DNA of 64,000 nt from an uncultured Planctomycetota bacterium (GCA_963823665.1 CAWGMQ010000003.1:1344001-1408000); one strand, 5' to 3'; shown: positions 43,669 through 54,662, counted from the stretch's first letter. Notes: generated by a model not told the origin, from the sequence alone. Numbers and translations are program-made.

Positions 43669-46600
43669 GTGGACGATCTGAAGCGCGATCTGCTGGTGGC
43701 CGTGCTGGCGGTGCTGACGGATGCGATTCCCCGCACGAACCTTGCTGCGGTGCTGAAGACGTGGTCGGAGAAGTGTGAAGAGCCGCTAGCGGAGGCGCTC
43801 AAGGCGGCGACCGGCCTGGATGACGAGCGGTTTCATGCGCTCGAATGTCTGGCGGCGGCCCATTTGAAAACGCATCAAGACGACCTTCGTCTGAGCCTTC
43901 AGGCGCTGGGCGCTCAATCGCTTACTGACGACGTGCTGACGGAGGCGGACGACGGGGACGAGCGCACGCTGGCGAGCCCCTTGTCCGAGGGCGAGTCGAC
44001 AATTCCGATGGACCAGGAGATTCACGGAGAGAAGGACCTGGGTTTCACGCTTGACCCGTTCCTGCGTGCAAAGGCTTCCGCCGGCGCGAAGGACGAGCGG
44101 TTCAAACTGATTCGCCCGCATGCGCAGGGGGGAATCGGGCAGGTCTGGCTGGCGCATGATTCCGAGCTTTCTCGGGACGTCGCCGTCAAGGAGATTCAAC
44201 CGCGATACGCCGGGCGTGAAGACCAGCGAGCGCGGTTCGTGCTGGAGGCGGAGATCACCGGCAGCCTGGAACACCCCGGAATCGTGCCGGTGTATAGCCT
44301 GGGAAGGAACGCCGAAGGCCGGCCCTACTACGCGATGCGATTCATCCGCGGCGAGAGCCTGCTGGTGGGGCTGCGGCGGTTTCACAAGGTCTTTGGCGAA
44401 GAGCCCACCGGCGCTGCCGACGACGACGCGACCGTGAAAGACGTCGAGACAGAGCCCGCGGAAAAGAAAGAGCCAGCGGCGAACGATGCCGACCGGCAAG
44501 CCGCGGTGCGGTCGAAGTGGGGGATCGAGTTCCGGCAGTTGATCGGGCGGTTCCTGGATGTTTGCGACGCCATCGACTATGCGCACAGCCGCGGGGTGCT
44601 GCACCGAGACTTGAAGCCGGCAAACATCATGCTGGGCCCGTATGGCGAGACGCTGGTCGTGGACTGGGGGCTGGCGAAGAAGATCGGCACGGTTGAGCCG
44701 GCGGGGCCAAAGGAGGAAGGCGAATTCGATCCTCCGCCAGCCGAGGAAGCGGGAGCCACGCTTCCGGAGGGAACGCAGCAGGGAACCACGATTGGCACAC
44801 CGGCGTACATGAGCCCGGAACAAGCGCGGGGATTGATCGATCAGCTCGGGCCGGCCAGCGACGTTTACAGCCTGGGAGCCAGCCTGTACGAGGTGATCAC
44901 GGGGAAGGCGCCGTTCCACGAGAAGAAGCTCTCGGTGGTCATTGCCAAGGTGATTGCGGGCGATTTCCTGCCGCCGCGAGCCCTTGACCGCACGATTCCG
45001 GCGCCGCTAGAAGCGATTTGCTTGAAGGCCATGGCGAAGAAGCCGGAAGCCCGCTACGGCTCGGTTCGCGCGCTGGCGCAGGACCTCGAGCACTGGCTGG
45101 CCGATGAACCGACGGCGGCTTATCCCGAGAGCCGGGTCGAAAAGATGACGCGCTGGTTCCGGCAACACCGGGCTTGGACGTTCGCCGGTGCGGCTGCGCT
45201 GGTGCTTGTTTCCACCGTGGCCGTTGTTGCGGCGGTGGTAATCGAGGGGGCCAGGCACCAGGAGGAAATTTCGCGCAAGGAAGCCGAGACCAATTTCGCC
45301 ATGGCCCAGAAGGCCGTTGATGATTATTTGACCAATGTGAGTGAGAACACGCTGCTCAAGGAGCAAGACTCCGTCGACATCCGAAGCCTGCGCCGCGACT
45401 TGCTCAAGAGTGCCCTCACCTTCTACGAGCACTTCGCCGCCGAACGGAAGAACGACCCCCTGCTCCGCCAGCAACTGGCGTGGGCGTATTTCCGCGTCGG
45501 TCAAATCACCCGTGAGATCGACTCGCTCGAGCAAGCGATGGTCGCGTTCCGCTCGGCTGAGGAGATCTGGGAAGCGCTGGTTGCGGCTAGCCCGAGCAAT
45601 CGGGAGCTCGCGGGCAACCTGGCCGAATGCTATCTGGCCATGGGAAAACTGGAGTCCTTCAACAGCAATTTCCCAGCCGCGCTCGCTACCCTGGACCGCT
45701 CAAGTACGATCCTGGAACCTATTTGCCAGAGAATAAACGCCGAGCCGCGTTACCAGGCGAGCCTGGCCGACTGTTATTCGGAAATCGGGATCGCGTACGC
45801 CAGGCTGGACAATCCGGACAAGAGCCTCGACATCCATGAAAAAGCCAGAGCGATCCAGCAAGGCCTGGTCGACCGATTCCCGGATAATCTGGCGTACAAA
45901 AAGGGCCTTGCGGAAAACTTGAATGCGATCGGTTTCGCCTATTACAGGCGGTACCACAATCAGAAAAAGACTGAAGATATCACCGCCGCTCTCAAGGCGT
46001 TTCACGACGTGCAAGAGTTCTGTCAGGGGCTCTTGAAGGAACTTTCGTACGAGACCAAGCCGACCTGGCTGCTGAACCTGCTGGCGCTCTCCCAGTACAA
46101 CATCGGCAGCATCCACAAGGCGAGCGGAGAACTCGAGAAAGCTTTGCCGTTCTTCGAGGAATCGCTCAAGTATCGGTCGGACCTTGCGGAAGAGCACCAG
46201 TCCGTGACCCGGTTCCGGGAGAAACTCGGGGTGAGTTACCGCGACTTTGCCGAGCTGCTGCACAAAGCTGACCAGGACGAGAAGGCCATTCCTACGGTCA
46301 AGAAGTCGATCGACGTGTTCGCACAACTCGTCCATGCTCAGCCCGAGACGGCGAGTTTTCACGGCGGCCTGGCGCTCTCCTGGAACAGCCTGGGGATCAT
46401 GCACGACGAGGCTCGGCAGAACGCCACGGCGATCGGCGATTTCGAGCGCGCGGTCCAGGAGCAACGAACGGCCATCGCGAATTCCAAATCTGCTGACGAC
46501 TACAAGCTGCCTCTGTGCTATTACCTCGACAACCTGGGAGAGCAGTCCATCGACCTGGGGCGCCCTGCGGAGGGCCTTCCCCACTATGAAGAAGCGATTC

Positions 46601-47358
46601 GAATACGCCGCGAACTGAGCCGGAACCACCCCGGAAAACTGGAGGATGTCGCCGAGGTGGTCCAGGCACTCGTTGTGCTGGGAAACATCAAGCGCCGCCT
46701 GGGCGAAGTAGACACGGCGCGGCGATTGTTCGCGGACGCACGAAAGGCTTCGGAGGAAGCGCTCAAGAAGCCACCGGGCGATCCCGCACTCGAGGCCCAG
46801 CTTGCCTTCGCGGTGACGGGCCAAGCGGTGTTACTGGCCGAGGAAGCGCAGCTCGAAAAGGCCAAGCCGTTGCTCGAAGATGCAGCCGACCGGTTTCGAC
46901 GGATTGCGGGCCGTGCGGAGCCCGAGAGCACGCTGGCAACGGAACGTGCGCGGCGCAGCGAGACGCTCTGGAACCTCTCGCGCGTTTTGCGAGACCTCAA
47001 ACTGCTCGAGGACGCAGCACGCTTCGACGTTGAACGAACCGACCTGTGGAAAACCCGGGCGCCTGTCGAACTGGTCGACCTCGCGATCAAGCATCTCGAC
47101 CAGGCCAAGCTGATCGGGTACGGAAAGACGCCGCACTCGACCCGCGCCACCGCCGTTCGCGAGCTCGACCTGAGCCAAGCGGCCGATGAGGTGATACTGG
47201 CGATCTCGAACGGCTTCAAGGATCTCGCAAAGCTCAAGGCCGTTCCCGATTGGCATTTGCTTCTCGAGCGGCCAGATGTCAAATCCGCGATCGAGAAACT
47301 CGAATCGGTCGAGCGAGCGCCGGGAGGGCATCGAGTCAAGAAGACCGACAATCATTGA
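43669..47358 (+). CDS. Transmembrane Hanks-type Ser/Thr kinase with long C-terminal TPR array
   Basis: HAQGGIGQV, VAVK, HRDLKPAN, VVDWGLAK, GTPAYMSPEQ; TM FAGAAALVLVSTVAVVAAVVI; many TPR-like helical repeats. GTG start after GAAGGGG. Confidence 0.92.
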   Translation: MDDLKRDLLVAVLAVLTDAIPRTNLAAVLKTWSEKCEEPLAEALKAATGLDDERFHALECLAAAHLKTHQDDLRLSLQALGAQSLTDDVLTEADDGDERTLASPLSEGESTIPMDQEIHGEKDLGFTLDPFLRAKASAGAKDERFKLIRPHAQGGIGQVWLAHDSELSRDVAVKEIQPRYAGREDQRARFVLEAEITGSLEHPGIVPVYSLGRNAEGRPYYAMRFIRGESLLVGLRRFHKVFGEEPTGAADDDATVKDVETEPAEKKEPAANDADRQAAVRSKWGIEFRQLIGRFLDVCDAIDYAHSRGVLHRDLKPANIMLGPYGETLVVDWGLAKKIGTVEPAGPKEEGEFDPPPAEEAGATLPEGTQQGTTIGTPAYMSPEQARGLIDQLGPASDVYSLGASLYEVITGKAPFHEKKLSVVIAKVIAGDFLPPRALDRTIPAPLEAICLKAMAKKPEARYGSVRALAQDLEHWLADEPTAAYPESRVEKMTRWFRQHRAWTFAGAAALVLVSTVAVVAAVVIEGARHQEEISRKEAETNFAMAQKAVDDYLTNVSENTLLKEQDSVDIRSLRRDLLKSALTFYEHFAAERKNDPLLRQQLAWAYFRVGQITREIDSLEQAMVAFRSAEEIWEALVAASPSNRELAGNLAECYLAMGKLESFNSNFPAALATLDRSSTILEPICQRINAEPRYQASLADCYSEIGIAYARLDNPDKSLDIHEKARAIQQGLVDRFPDNLAYKKGLAENLNAIGFAYYRRYHNQKKTEDITAALKAFHDVQEFCQGLLKELSYETKPTWLLNLLALSQYNIGSIHKASGELEKALPFFEESLKYRSDLAEEHQSVTRFREKLGVSYRDFAELLHKADQDEKAIPTVKKSIDVFAQLVHAQPETASFHGGLALSWNSLGIMHDEARQNATAIGDFERAVQEQRTAIANSKSADDYKLPLCYYLDNLGEQSIDLGRPAEGLPHYEEAIRIRRELSRNHPGKLEDVAEVVQALVVLGNIKRRLGEVDTARRLFADARKASEEALKKPPGDPALEAQLAFAVTGQAVLLAEEAQLEKAKPLLEDAADRFRRIAGRAEPESTLATERARRSETLWNLSRVLRDLKLLEDAARFDVERTDLWKTRAPVELVDLAIKHLDQAKLIGYGKTPHSTRATAVRELDLSQAADEVILAISNGFKDLAKLKAVPDWHLLLERPDVKSAIEKLESVERAPGGHRVKKTDNH

Positions 47359-47678
47359 CACCCGGGGCGCCTCGCGTTGCCGGTCGCTCTCTGATCAGGC
47401 GTATAGAACTTCTCATTTATTTTTGGAAAATCGCCAAAAAGCCAGTAAGGTGGGAGTGAGGGCATACGTATCATAGGGTGAAGTGACACGGCGGGGCTGG
47501 CCGGCACGAAGGATCGCTGGAAAGAGTGATCGGGTGCGAGGGATGGACTGGAATCGCCCTTGCTACGATGGACTCGATTCGGAGATGCCGCAGTGCATGG
47601 CTGATCCGTGCCGGACGAGGATGTCGTGGAGATACGGAGTTCGGAGTCATGGGCAACCCTTTCGCGTGGAGCAAGAAA

Positions 47679-47849
47679 ATGTCGACGCAACCGTCTCAGC
47701 CGACCAAACCAGCAACCAAGCCCGAAAAGCCAACCGACGCCACGGCGCTGCTTTCGCCTGAAGAGCTTCGCGCGATCTCCGGCGGGGCATCGCAGCCTCC
47801 GCCGACGACGGGTGGCGGCGGTAGTGGTGGTGTGCAGCCGAATACTTAA
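47679..47849 (+). CDS. Small peptide (56 aa) with double-glycine leader; putative secreted signal or RiPP precursor
   Basis: GGAG RBS 7 nt before the ATG. MSTQPSQPTKPATKPEKPTDATALLSPEELRAISGG|ASQPPPTTGGGGSGGVQPNT. LSPEELRAISGG matches the LSxxELxxIxGG consensus. An NHLP-type HlyD gene is adjacent. Confidence 0.8.
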   Translation: MSTQPSQPTKPATKPEKPTDATALLSPEELRAISGGASQPPPTTGGGGSGGVQPNT

Positions 47850-47868
47850 CAGACCATTGAGGTCATTG

Positions 47869-47905
47869 GCCCATTCGTTGCCCCGAAAGGGTTACGAACT
47901 TGGGC
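47869..47905 (+). other. Stem-loop with GAAA tetraloop downstream of the peptide gene
   Basis: GCCCA-TTCGT-TGC-CCC-GAAA-GGG-TT-ACGAA-CT-TGGGC. No U-tract, so more likely an mRNA stabiliser or attenuator than an intrinsic terminator. Confidence 0.5.
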
Positions 47906-48006
47906 GTCGACGAAATGCGAGAATCGCCGCACGATTCGCCCCTGTCGCGTAAACTCGCGCAGGGGCCTTTTCTTTCGCCAAGAGCACTTTCGATCGGAGC
48001 TGCGTG

Positions 48007-49362
48007 ATGAGCGACGCGGTGGTTTCGACGCCGAGCCCAGCGCCGAGCGTCCCAAGCCCAGGGTTTGAACGCCTGGATACCCTGGTGCGGGTTACCACCA
48101 TCCAATCTTGGGTGTATCTGGGCCTTTTGTTTGCCGTTGGGACGGCGGCGGTTGCGTTTGCGATTCTGTATCGCGTACCGACCAAGGTGATGGGCGAGGG
48201 GATTCTGCTGATCGAGCAGGACACGATTGCCCAGGTGCGCGCGCAGGCGACTGGCCGGCTGGTGAGCCTGCACGTGAAGCTTGGCGATCGGGTCGAGCCG
48301 GGAAAGGTGATCGGGGAGATTTCTCAAGAAGAGTTGAACGATTCGATACTCGAGGCAGAGGCGAAGCTCGCGGATCTTGTTGAGGAGGACCTCGAGCTCA
48401 CGCGGTTTGAGCGGCTCGAGAGGGTGACGCATGGAAAGGCGATGGACGGAGTGAAGCTTGCGACCGGGCAGGAGCAGAAGAGCTCGCGAGAGAAGTTAAT
48501 GATCGCCGACCACATGGTCAAGGGGACCAACCGGCTTCGAATGCAGTATTCGATGAGCGATCAGGAACTACTTGAGGCACGCGAAAAGAAGTTCAGTATC
48601 GAGAATGACGTGAACAAAGGCGACACCCGATTAGCCGAGTTGGACCTGGAAGGGACCAAGGCAGAGACCGCCCGGCGCGCGCGCGGATCGAACGGAAGCA
48701 CAAGATCAATCAGCTCGAGCGAAAGCTGGAGCTCGACCGCGGGAAGATGGTGCGGATGTCGAAAGTCGTGAGCCGCTTCAGCGGCGTCGTGGCGCAGGTC
48801 TTTTGTGCGCGTGACGAACTGGTGAAAGAGGGGGGGCCGGTCGTTTTGCTGCACTCCCCCAAGTCTGAGCACGGACTTGACGATGCCGGCGTGCCATATG
48901 ACTCAATCGTGTTCGTGCCGGCCGGCGATGGGAAGAAGATCGATACCGGGGACGTGGTGGAAGTGAGCCCGACGACGGTGAAGCGAGAGGAGCACGGTTT
49001 CATTCGCGGCGAGGTGGTGGCCGTCTCGGAGCTGCCCGCGACCAAGCTGGCGATGGAGTCCGCGCTTCAGCATCCGGAGCTGGTCGAGAGCTTCGTGAAA
49101 CGACACGCGCCCGGGGTTTTGCTGCGGGTCCACGTCAAACTCAACCCGGCGAGGGAAACTGACCTCAAGCGTGCGCGAATCGGGCTGCACCGATCCTAAC
49201 CACTACGATTGGTCATCGTCGTCGGGGCTTACTCAACGGCTCAAGACGGGAACCATGTGCCAGGCGGCGATCGTGGTGGAGCGGAGGAGGCTGATCAGCC
49301 TGGTGCTGCCGTGGACGAAGAAGATCATGAGCGGGACGGAGGCGGGGTCGAAGATCGATTGA
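48007..49362 (+). CDS. NHLP/NHLM bacteriocin-system-type secretion protein (HlyD membrane fusion protein; frameshifts near 48680 and 49170)
   Basis: FERLDTLVRVTTIQSWVYL..TM..VPTKVMGEGILL, VKLGDRVEPG (lipoyl half), coiled coil, VVSRFSGVV, FVPAGDGKKI..GDVVEVSPTTVKREEHGFIRGEVVAVSELPAT, YDWSSSSG..LKTGTMC..IVVERRRLISLVLP. This is the TIGR03794-like pattern. Confidence 0.85.
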
Positions 49363-49410
49363 GCGAGGGCACGGGCAAGGCTCGCCGGGGGGTGCCTCAG
49401 GCCAAAAAAG

Positions 49411-50952
49411 TCAGTTCGAGCCGATGGCGGCGGGATAACCGAGCTGGTTGATGAGTTGCGAACCGATCTGGTGATCGAGCTCATCGGCGCGGCGGTAGTC
49501 GGCCATGGCCTTCTTCCGATCGCCTTTCTTATCCCAAGCAAGTGCCCGGTTCGCGTACGCCTCGGCATTTCGAGGCTGGATGCGGATCGATTCGTTGAGG
49601 TCGGCGATGGCCTTGTCGTATTCGTTCCTGGCCAACAGGGCTGCGCCCCGATTCAGGTACGAACCGAAATCACGAGGGTCGAGACGGATAGCCGCATTGC
49701 AGTCGGCCACAGCTTTGTCGAACTGTCCTTTCAGGAGCCAGGCGCCAGCGCGGTTGTTGTAAGCCAACGTGAATTGAGGATTGAGCCGAATCGCTTCGGT
49801 GAAGTCGGCGATGGCCTGGTCGTACTGCTGCATCCACCGCCAGGCGAAGCCGCGTTTGTTGAACGCTACGGCGAGACCAGGCTCGAGGCGGATGGCTTGG
49901 TTGAGGTCTGCGATGGCCTTGTCGAACTCTTTCAATTCGGATCGGCAGTGGGCTCGATCGACGTAGAACGAAGCCTGGCGCGGCTCGAGCGCGATGGCGT
50001 GGTCGAAGTCGCCAATGGCGCTGTCGTAAAGCTTTTTCTGGATGAAGGCGGACGCGCGAAAGGCGTAGACCAATGAGGAGCGGCTGTGGAGCCGAGTGGC
50101 TTGATCGAAATCGGCGATCGCCTTGTCGTAGTCGCGAGTTACAAGCCAGCAATGCCCCCGGACGGCGTAAACCCACGCGTCTTGCGGGTCGATCTGGATG
50201 GCTTGGTCGAAGTCCGCCATCGCCTTGCCGCGGTCGTTTTTGAACCACCATGCTTCGCCCCGCGCGGTGTAAGCTTTGGCCCGACCTGGGCTGAGTCGAA
50301 TCGCCGCGTCGAAGTCGGCCATGGCCATTTCGCGCTCGCGCGTTTGCTCCAAGGCTTTGCCTCGTCGGACGAGGACGTCGTAGTTTCGAGGATTCAGCCG
50401 GATAGCCTGGTTGAAATCGGCGATGGCTGCTACGTCCTGTTTCTTCTCGAAATAAGCGATTGCTCGAAACGCATAGCCGCTTGCTTGATTGGGCGCCAGT
50501 GAGATCGCCAGATTGGAGTCTGCGAACGCGCGGTCGAAGTCGTTCTGGTCGAGCCAGACAACAGTCCTCAGGATGAGCGGCACTGCGTCGCGAGGGTGGG
50601 CACGGATTTGCTCGGTGAAGTACGCGACGGCCTGTTCCACGGGAACGCACTCGGTGGCGAGGACGCGCCCGCTCAATCCGACACCGTCGGCTTTGAGCCA
50701 AAGGTAAGGACCATCGGCCCGTATGACGGTGTAGGTATAAATTTCCGTACTGCTCTGCAGGTCGCGCTCTTCCTCAGCGCGGAGCGCGAAGTTGCGGTGC
50801 TTCTGCACAACGCGCCTGCCGACCCAGTCGCCGGCCGAAGCTTGCTGGGCGTGAGCGTCTCTCGTCGGGGCGATCATCACGGCGAGGGAAGTACAGAGAA
50901 TCGACAGCCAGAATCGAGTGGTCCCGAAGGTGCGCGGGTTTCTGAGTTCCAT
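49411..50952 (-). CDS. Secreted TPR-repeat protein
   Basis: AAGGAG RBS; signal peptide ending AHA; about ten canonical TPRs (AYNNRAGAW..FDKAVADCNAAIRLDP). Confidence 0.9.
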   Translation of the reverse strand: MELRNPRTFGTTRFWLSILCTSLAVMIAPTRDAHAQQASAGDWVGRRVVQKHRNFALRAEEERDLQSSTEIYTYTVIRADGPYLWLKADGVGLSGRVLATECVPVEQAVAYFTEQIRAHPRDAVPLILRTVVWLDQNDFDRAFADSNLAISLAPNQASGYAFRAIAYFEKKQDVAAIADFNQAIRLNPRNYDVLVRRGKALEQTREREMAMADFDAAIRLSPGRAKAYTARGEAWWFKNDRGKAMADFDQAIQIDPQDAWVYAVRGHCWLVTRDYDKAIADFDQATRLHSRSSLVYAFRASAFIQKKLYDSAIGDFDHAIALEPRQASFYVDRAHCRSELKEFDKAIADLNQAIRLEPGLAVAFNKRGFAWRWMQQYDQAIADFTEAIRLNPQFTLAYNNRAGAWLLKGQFDKAVADCNAAIRLDPRDFGSYLNRGAALLARNEYDKAIADLNESIRIQPRNAEAYANRALAWDKKGDRKKAMADYRRADELDHQIGSQLINQLGYPAAIGSN

Positions 50953-50977
50953 AGTCCGGCTCCTTGTTTGGATCGGC

Positions 50978-53900
50978 TCACTCCGGCTGCGAGTCTGTGC
51001 GGGCTCGGTTGATGGCTCGGAGGGCATCGCCGACGGGGGGGAGAGGCTCGACGGATGTTTTGAAGTTGGACGGCGTGCCTCGGACGTGGGCGATGAAGAA
51101 CTGACTGCTGGTGCGGCGGGCGAATTCGCTCACCAGCGGGATGTGCAGGCGATCGCGACCCCACAAGAGGTTGAGCCGGAGGTCCATGTAACCCTGGGGA
51201 TCAAGCGTGCCGCGGCCCATCAAACTGAAGGCATTGCCTGTGAACTTGATGGGATCGAACGTGGTGATGCCGTTGGCGATGCTGAAGTTGACGTCTGCGG
51301 AGTCAAACACCGTTCTTCCCTGGCCGCGGTTCTTGTCGAGCGAGGCGACGCTGATGCTGGGCACCGGGTTGATCACGGAGGCGACCCTCAGGACCGGCGG
51401 CAGCTCGCCCAGGTCGCCCTCGCGGATGTGGGCGTCGCCGCGGCCGTGGATGCTGTGCACGTCGCTGCCCAACCCGTCGAATGCGATCGTCGCGTCGATC
51501 AGGCCGCGGTAGGACTGGCGGCCGGAGATCGTGCGCGCGTATTCCTCGAGCCGCGCTTCCTTGAGCGAGAGCGCGGCATGGTACCGCGGGGTTGCGTCCA
51601 GACTGATCCAGCAGGCGTCGTCGGCGAAAACCTCGCCGCCCAGGTAGTGACCGCGGATGCTGTCGAGGGTTGCGCGGCCTTCTCTGACGTGGAACGGCGA
51701 CTCGAGCTGAGTGAACTGCTGGCCCATGAAGCTGACGCTTTCCAGCTTCATGATTCCCTCAACCGAGAGAGCCATGCCGTTGGACCAGCCGCTGACATTC
51801 TCGAGCTGGCCCTGGATGTGCTCGACGGGGATGGCCGTCCTGATTGCGTTGTCGTTGAAGATCACCTTGGTGTTCTTCCACCGGCACCAGGCAAGATCGG
51901 TTTCGCGACCTGACCAGCCAATTTCCAGATCTCCTCGAGCACGAAACGGCCCGCCGCCATCCAGGCGGAGAGCAAACTGGGCCATCAAGGGGGGCATCTT
52001 GATGCGGAGATCTCTGTCGAACCGGATTTCCTCCAGCCAGGCCTCCTGCACGCTGAGATCGAACTGACCGCTTTTGAGGAGGCGAAACTTTCCGCTCGAG
52101 AACTTGACGGGAGCCCCTCGGAAGCTGAAGTTCACGCGGGTCATCGTGACCTCGCCGTTATCGAAATCGAACTGGCCATGAACGTCGTCCATGGGCAACT
52201 CGATGGTGGCGCCGGGATCGATACCCGGCTGCGGCGAGCGTGTGACCATCAAGTGCACCGTCGACTCGTCACGAGGGATGATCCTGATCTGGGTGCGGTT
52301 CGGGCCGCCGGGGGCGACATGCACCCGGGCCAGGACGTTGCAGGAACCCGAGGGATTGATCGTGGGCCAGACGTTCCGCCACTCGTTGGGAAGGGCGATC
52401 TTGAGCTCCTCGCTGAATGGGAGCTTCTGCGCGTCGAGGGCAATGTCGATCTTGAGCGGCTCTTCGCGTCCAGGCCCCCTGCCCCGCGCCAGCCTTTCCA
52501 CCTTTTCGACGCTGCCGCTGGCCTTGATTTTCGCTTGCCCGTTGCTGCCGGTGACGTCTTTGAATGTCCATTTATCCGGATGAATTTCGAGGCGGCCTTT
52601 CAGGTTGCGAACCGGATAAGGGAGCCGATTCCACGTGATCTCGCAGCCCTCGGTGAGATCGATGTTGGCGTCGAAGGTGATGCGGCCTTGCGGAGGAGCG
52701 TCCGGTCCCTCCATCGGCTCGCGCTGGACCCTGGCATTCACGTTCACCAATCCACTGGCCTTGAACCCATCGACGACCTTGCGTACGTCCGGGGGCATGG
52801 CGTTCTTGATCGCGTCGTCGATCGGGAGAGATTCGCGCCTTCAAGTCGAGCTTGACGACGGCGTCCGGGCCCGGCTTCCAGATCGTTCCGGAAATCTGCA
52901 AGGGGCGGCCGCTCAGCGAATTCAAGTCGACGGAGAGCGTATTCTTCTCGAAGATCAAGTCACCGGTGAGATGGTCGAGCGGATAAGGAAAATGCCGATA
53001 AATCGCCGCGACATCGCGACAACGGACCCTGGCCGTCCAATCGTAGGGCGCACGCGAGTCGTGACGAGTCACGTGGACCGTGAGGTTCACTCTTCCCTGT
53101 GGCTTGAAGAGGTTCCAGAGGTCACCGTACTCAGCCGGCGTTCTCCTGCGCAGGCGGTCGTCGTCGAGCTCCAAGTCGTCGAGCTCGACGCGGAGATCCA
53201 CGGCGCCCTTCTTGTTTCCTTCGAGGACGATCACGCCAGCGGCGCTCAAGGTGGTGTTGCCGTTGGAGCCGTTGGCGTGCTTGATGGTGATGACCTGGTC
53301 TTCGACGCTGACGACGGCCGAGAGGTCGTTGACCGGGAAAGGGAGCAACGGGCAATCCCATACTCCCTCGCGCAGCCGGGCCACCATGTTGCACCGCAGG
53401 CAGCTTTCCGGTGGCGCGGCAGGGTCATACCGGAGCCGGCTCACCTCCAGGTCGAGCACGCCGCCGTTGAGCGCCATCGCCTGCACGCTGCGCCTCAAGC
53501 CGGGCGGGAGCTTGCGGCGGAGGCTTTCCGAGAGGACCAAGCCAGCGAGCTCACCACTGGCCTCGATGATGCCGGTTTTGAGATCGATTGATCCGGTGAG
53601 TGTGAGCCGCTCGAAACCATCTCCGCTGGCCGAGCCTTCGAACTTGAGCTCGCGGTCGGGCCTCGAGCCGGGATCGATTTTGAGGCTGACGTCGCGGAGG
53701 ATTGCCGGGCTGTGCTCGGCGACGGCGCGGGCCACCGCGGACGAGCCCTCAACCGTGGGTGAAGGGAGTGACCCGGCGCCGGGCGGCGAAGGCTCTCCAG
53801 GCGCTGCGCTCGGGTCGTCGCAAGGATAGAGCTCGACGGTGCCGTTGCGAATCTGGATCGGCGGTGTTTCGATCCAGGGTCCGGGCCAGGGATCCGCGAG

Positions 53901-54305
53901 CAACCCCTGGAGGTTCCAGCTTCCATCGTTTCGCGCTTTCAGCCGCAAGGTCGGGTGACCGACGATGATCCTGCCGGATGCGAAGTGTCCCCGGAGGAGC
54001 TCGCGCGGGTTGACTTGAAGCTGAAGGAATGCGATCCGCAGAGTTTCGAACAGTGTGCCGTCGATCGGCTGCTTGAGTTTGAGGTCATGAAGAACCAGCT
54101 CGCCGGTGCGGAATGCGGCCCGAACGCGGCCGGGCTCGAGGATGGTGTTGGGCAGATAGCGGACAGAATGTTCGCGAAGGACTCTCGAAATTGTCTCGCT
54201 GTCGGTGATGTACCAGTAAGCGAACCAGAGGCCGCCGGCCAATGAGGAGAAGCAGAGCACCAGTCCCCAGAAGAGGAATCTCGCGACGCGTCTGCCCAAG
54301 CGCAT
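50978..54305 (-). CDS. AsmA-like/DUF3971 beta-taco envelope protein (frameshift near 52830)
   Basis: N-terminal TM (FLFWGLVLCFSSLAGGLWFAYW), RNDGSWNL, repeated FPYPL..L.G.L motifs, and AsmA-like C-terminus (FDSADVNFSIANG..FTGNAFSLMGRGTLD..VRGTPSN). Confidence 0.75.
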
Positions 54306-54662
54306 CCGGATAAGGCCCTCCTTCCGTGGAGAAAGCTTGAGCGAGCTCGGTCTCAGATCGCTTCGAATTGCGCGCTGAAACGGTTTTCCGCTGCTGTCTG
54401 AAATGCGGGGAGATCGTATGCCAAAGCAGGCGGAACGTCAACGCCAAGCGATAGGGGATGTGCGTTCAGCATTAGCGGCAGCGTGCACATGCGGATGCCC
54501 GTGCCGGTGCGACCCATCCCTGACAGCAGCTCAGGCGCGAATGGTTTACGATTCGGATGTGACGTCAGTTGATATCATGAAAAGATTTCTTGAGGAAGTT
54601 TTGGTGAGGAGGTCGGTCTGAATGCGCCTTGATTGACAGATAATGGGAAGTGCAAGGAAGAA

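Noticed and set aside
47526..47678. 107-aa version of the peptide ORF
   Set aside because: The GGAG RBS before ATG 47679 and typical leader length favour the 56-aa product. An ATG at 47649 cannot be fully excluded.
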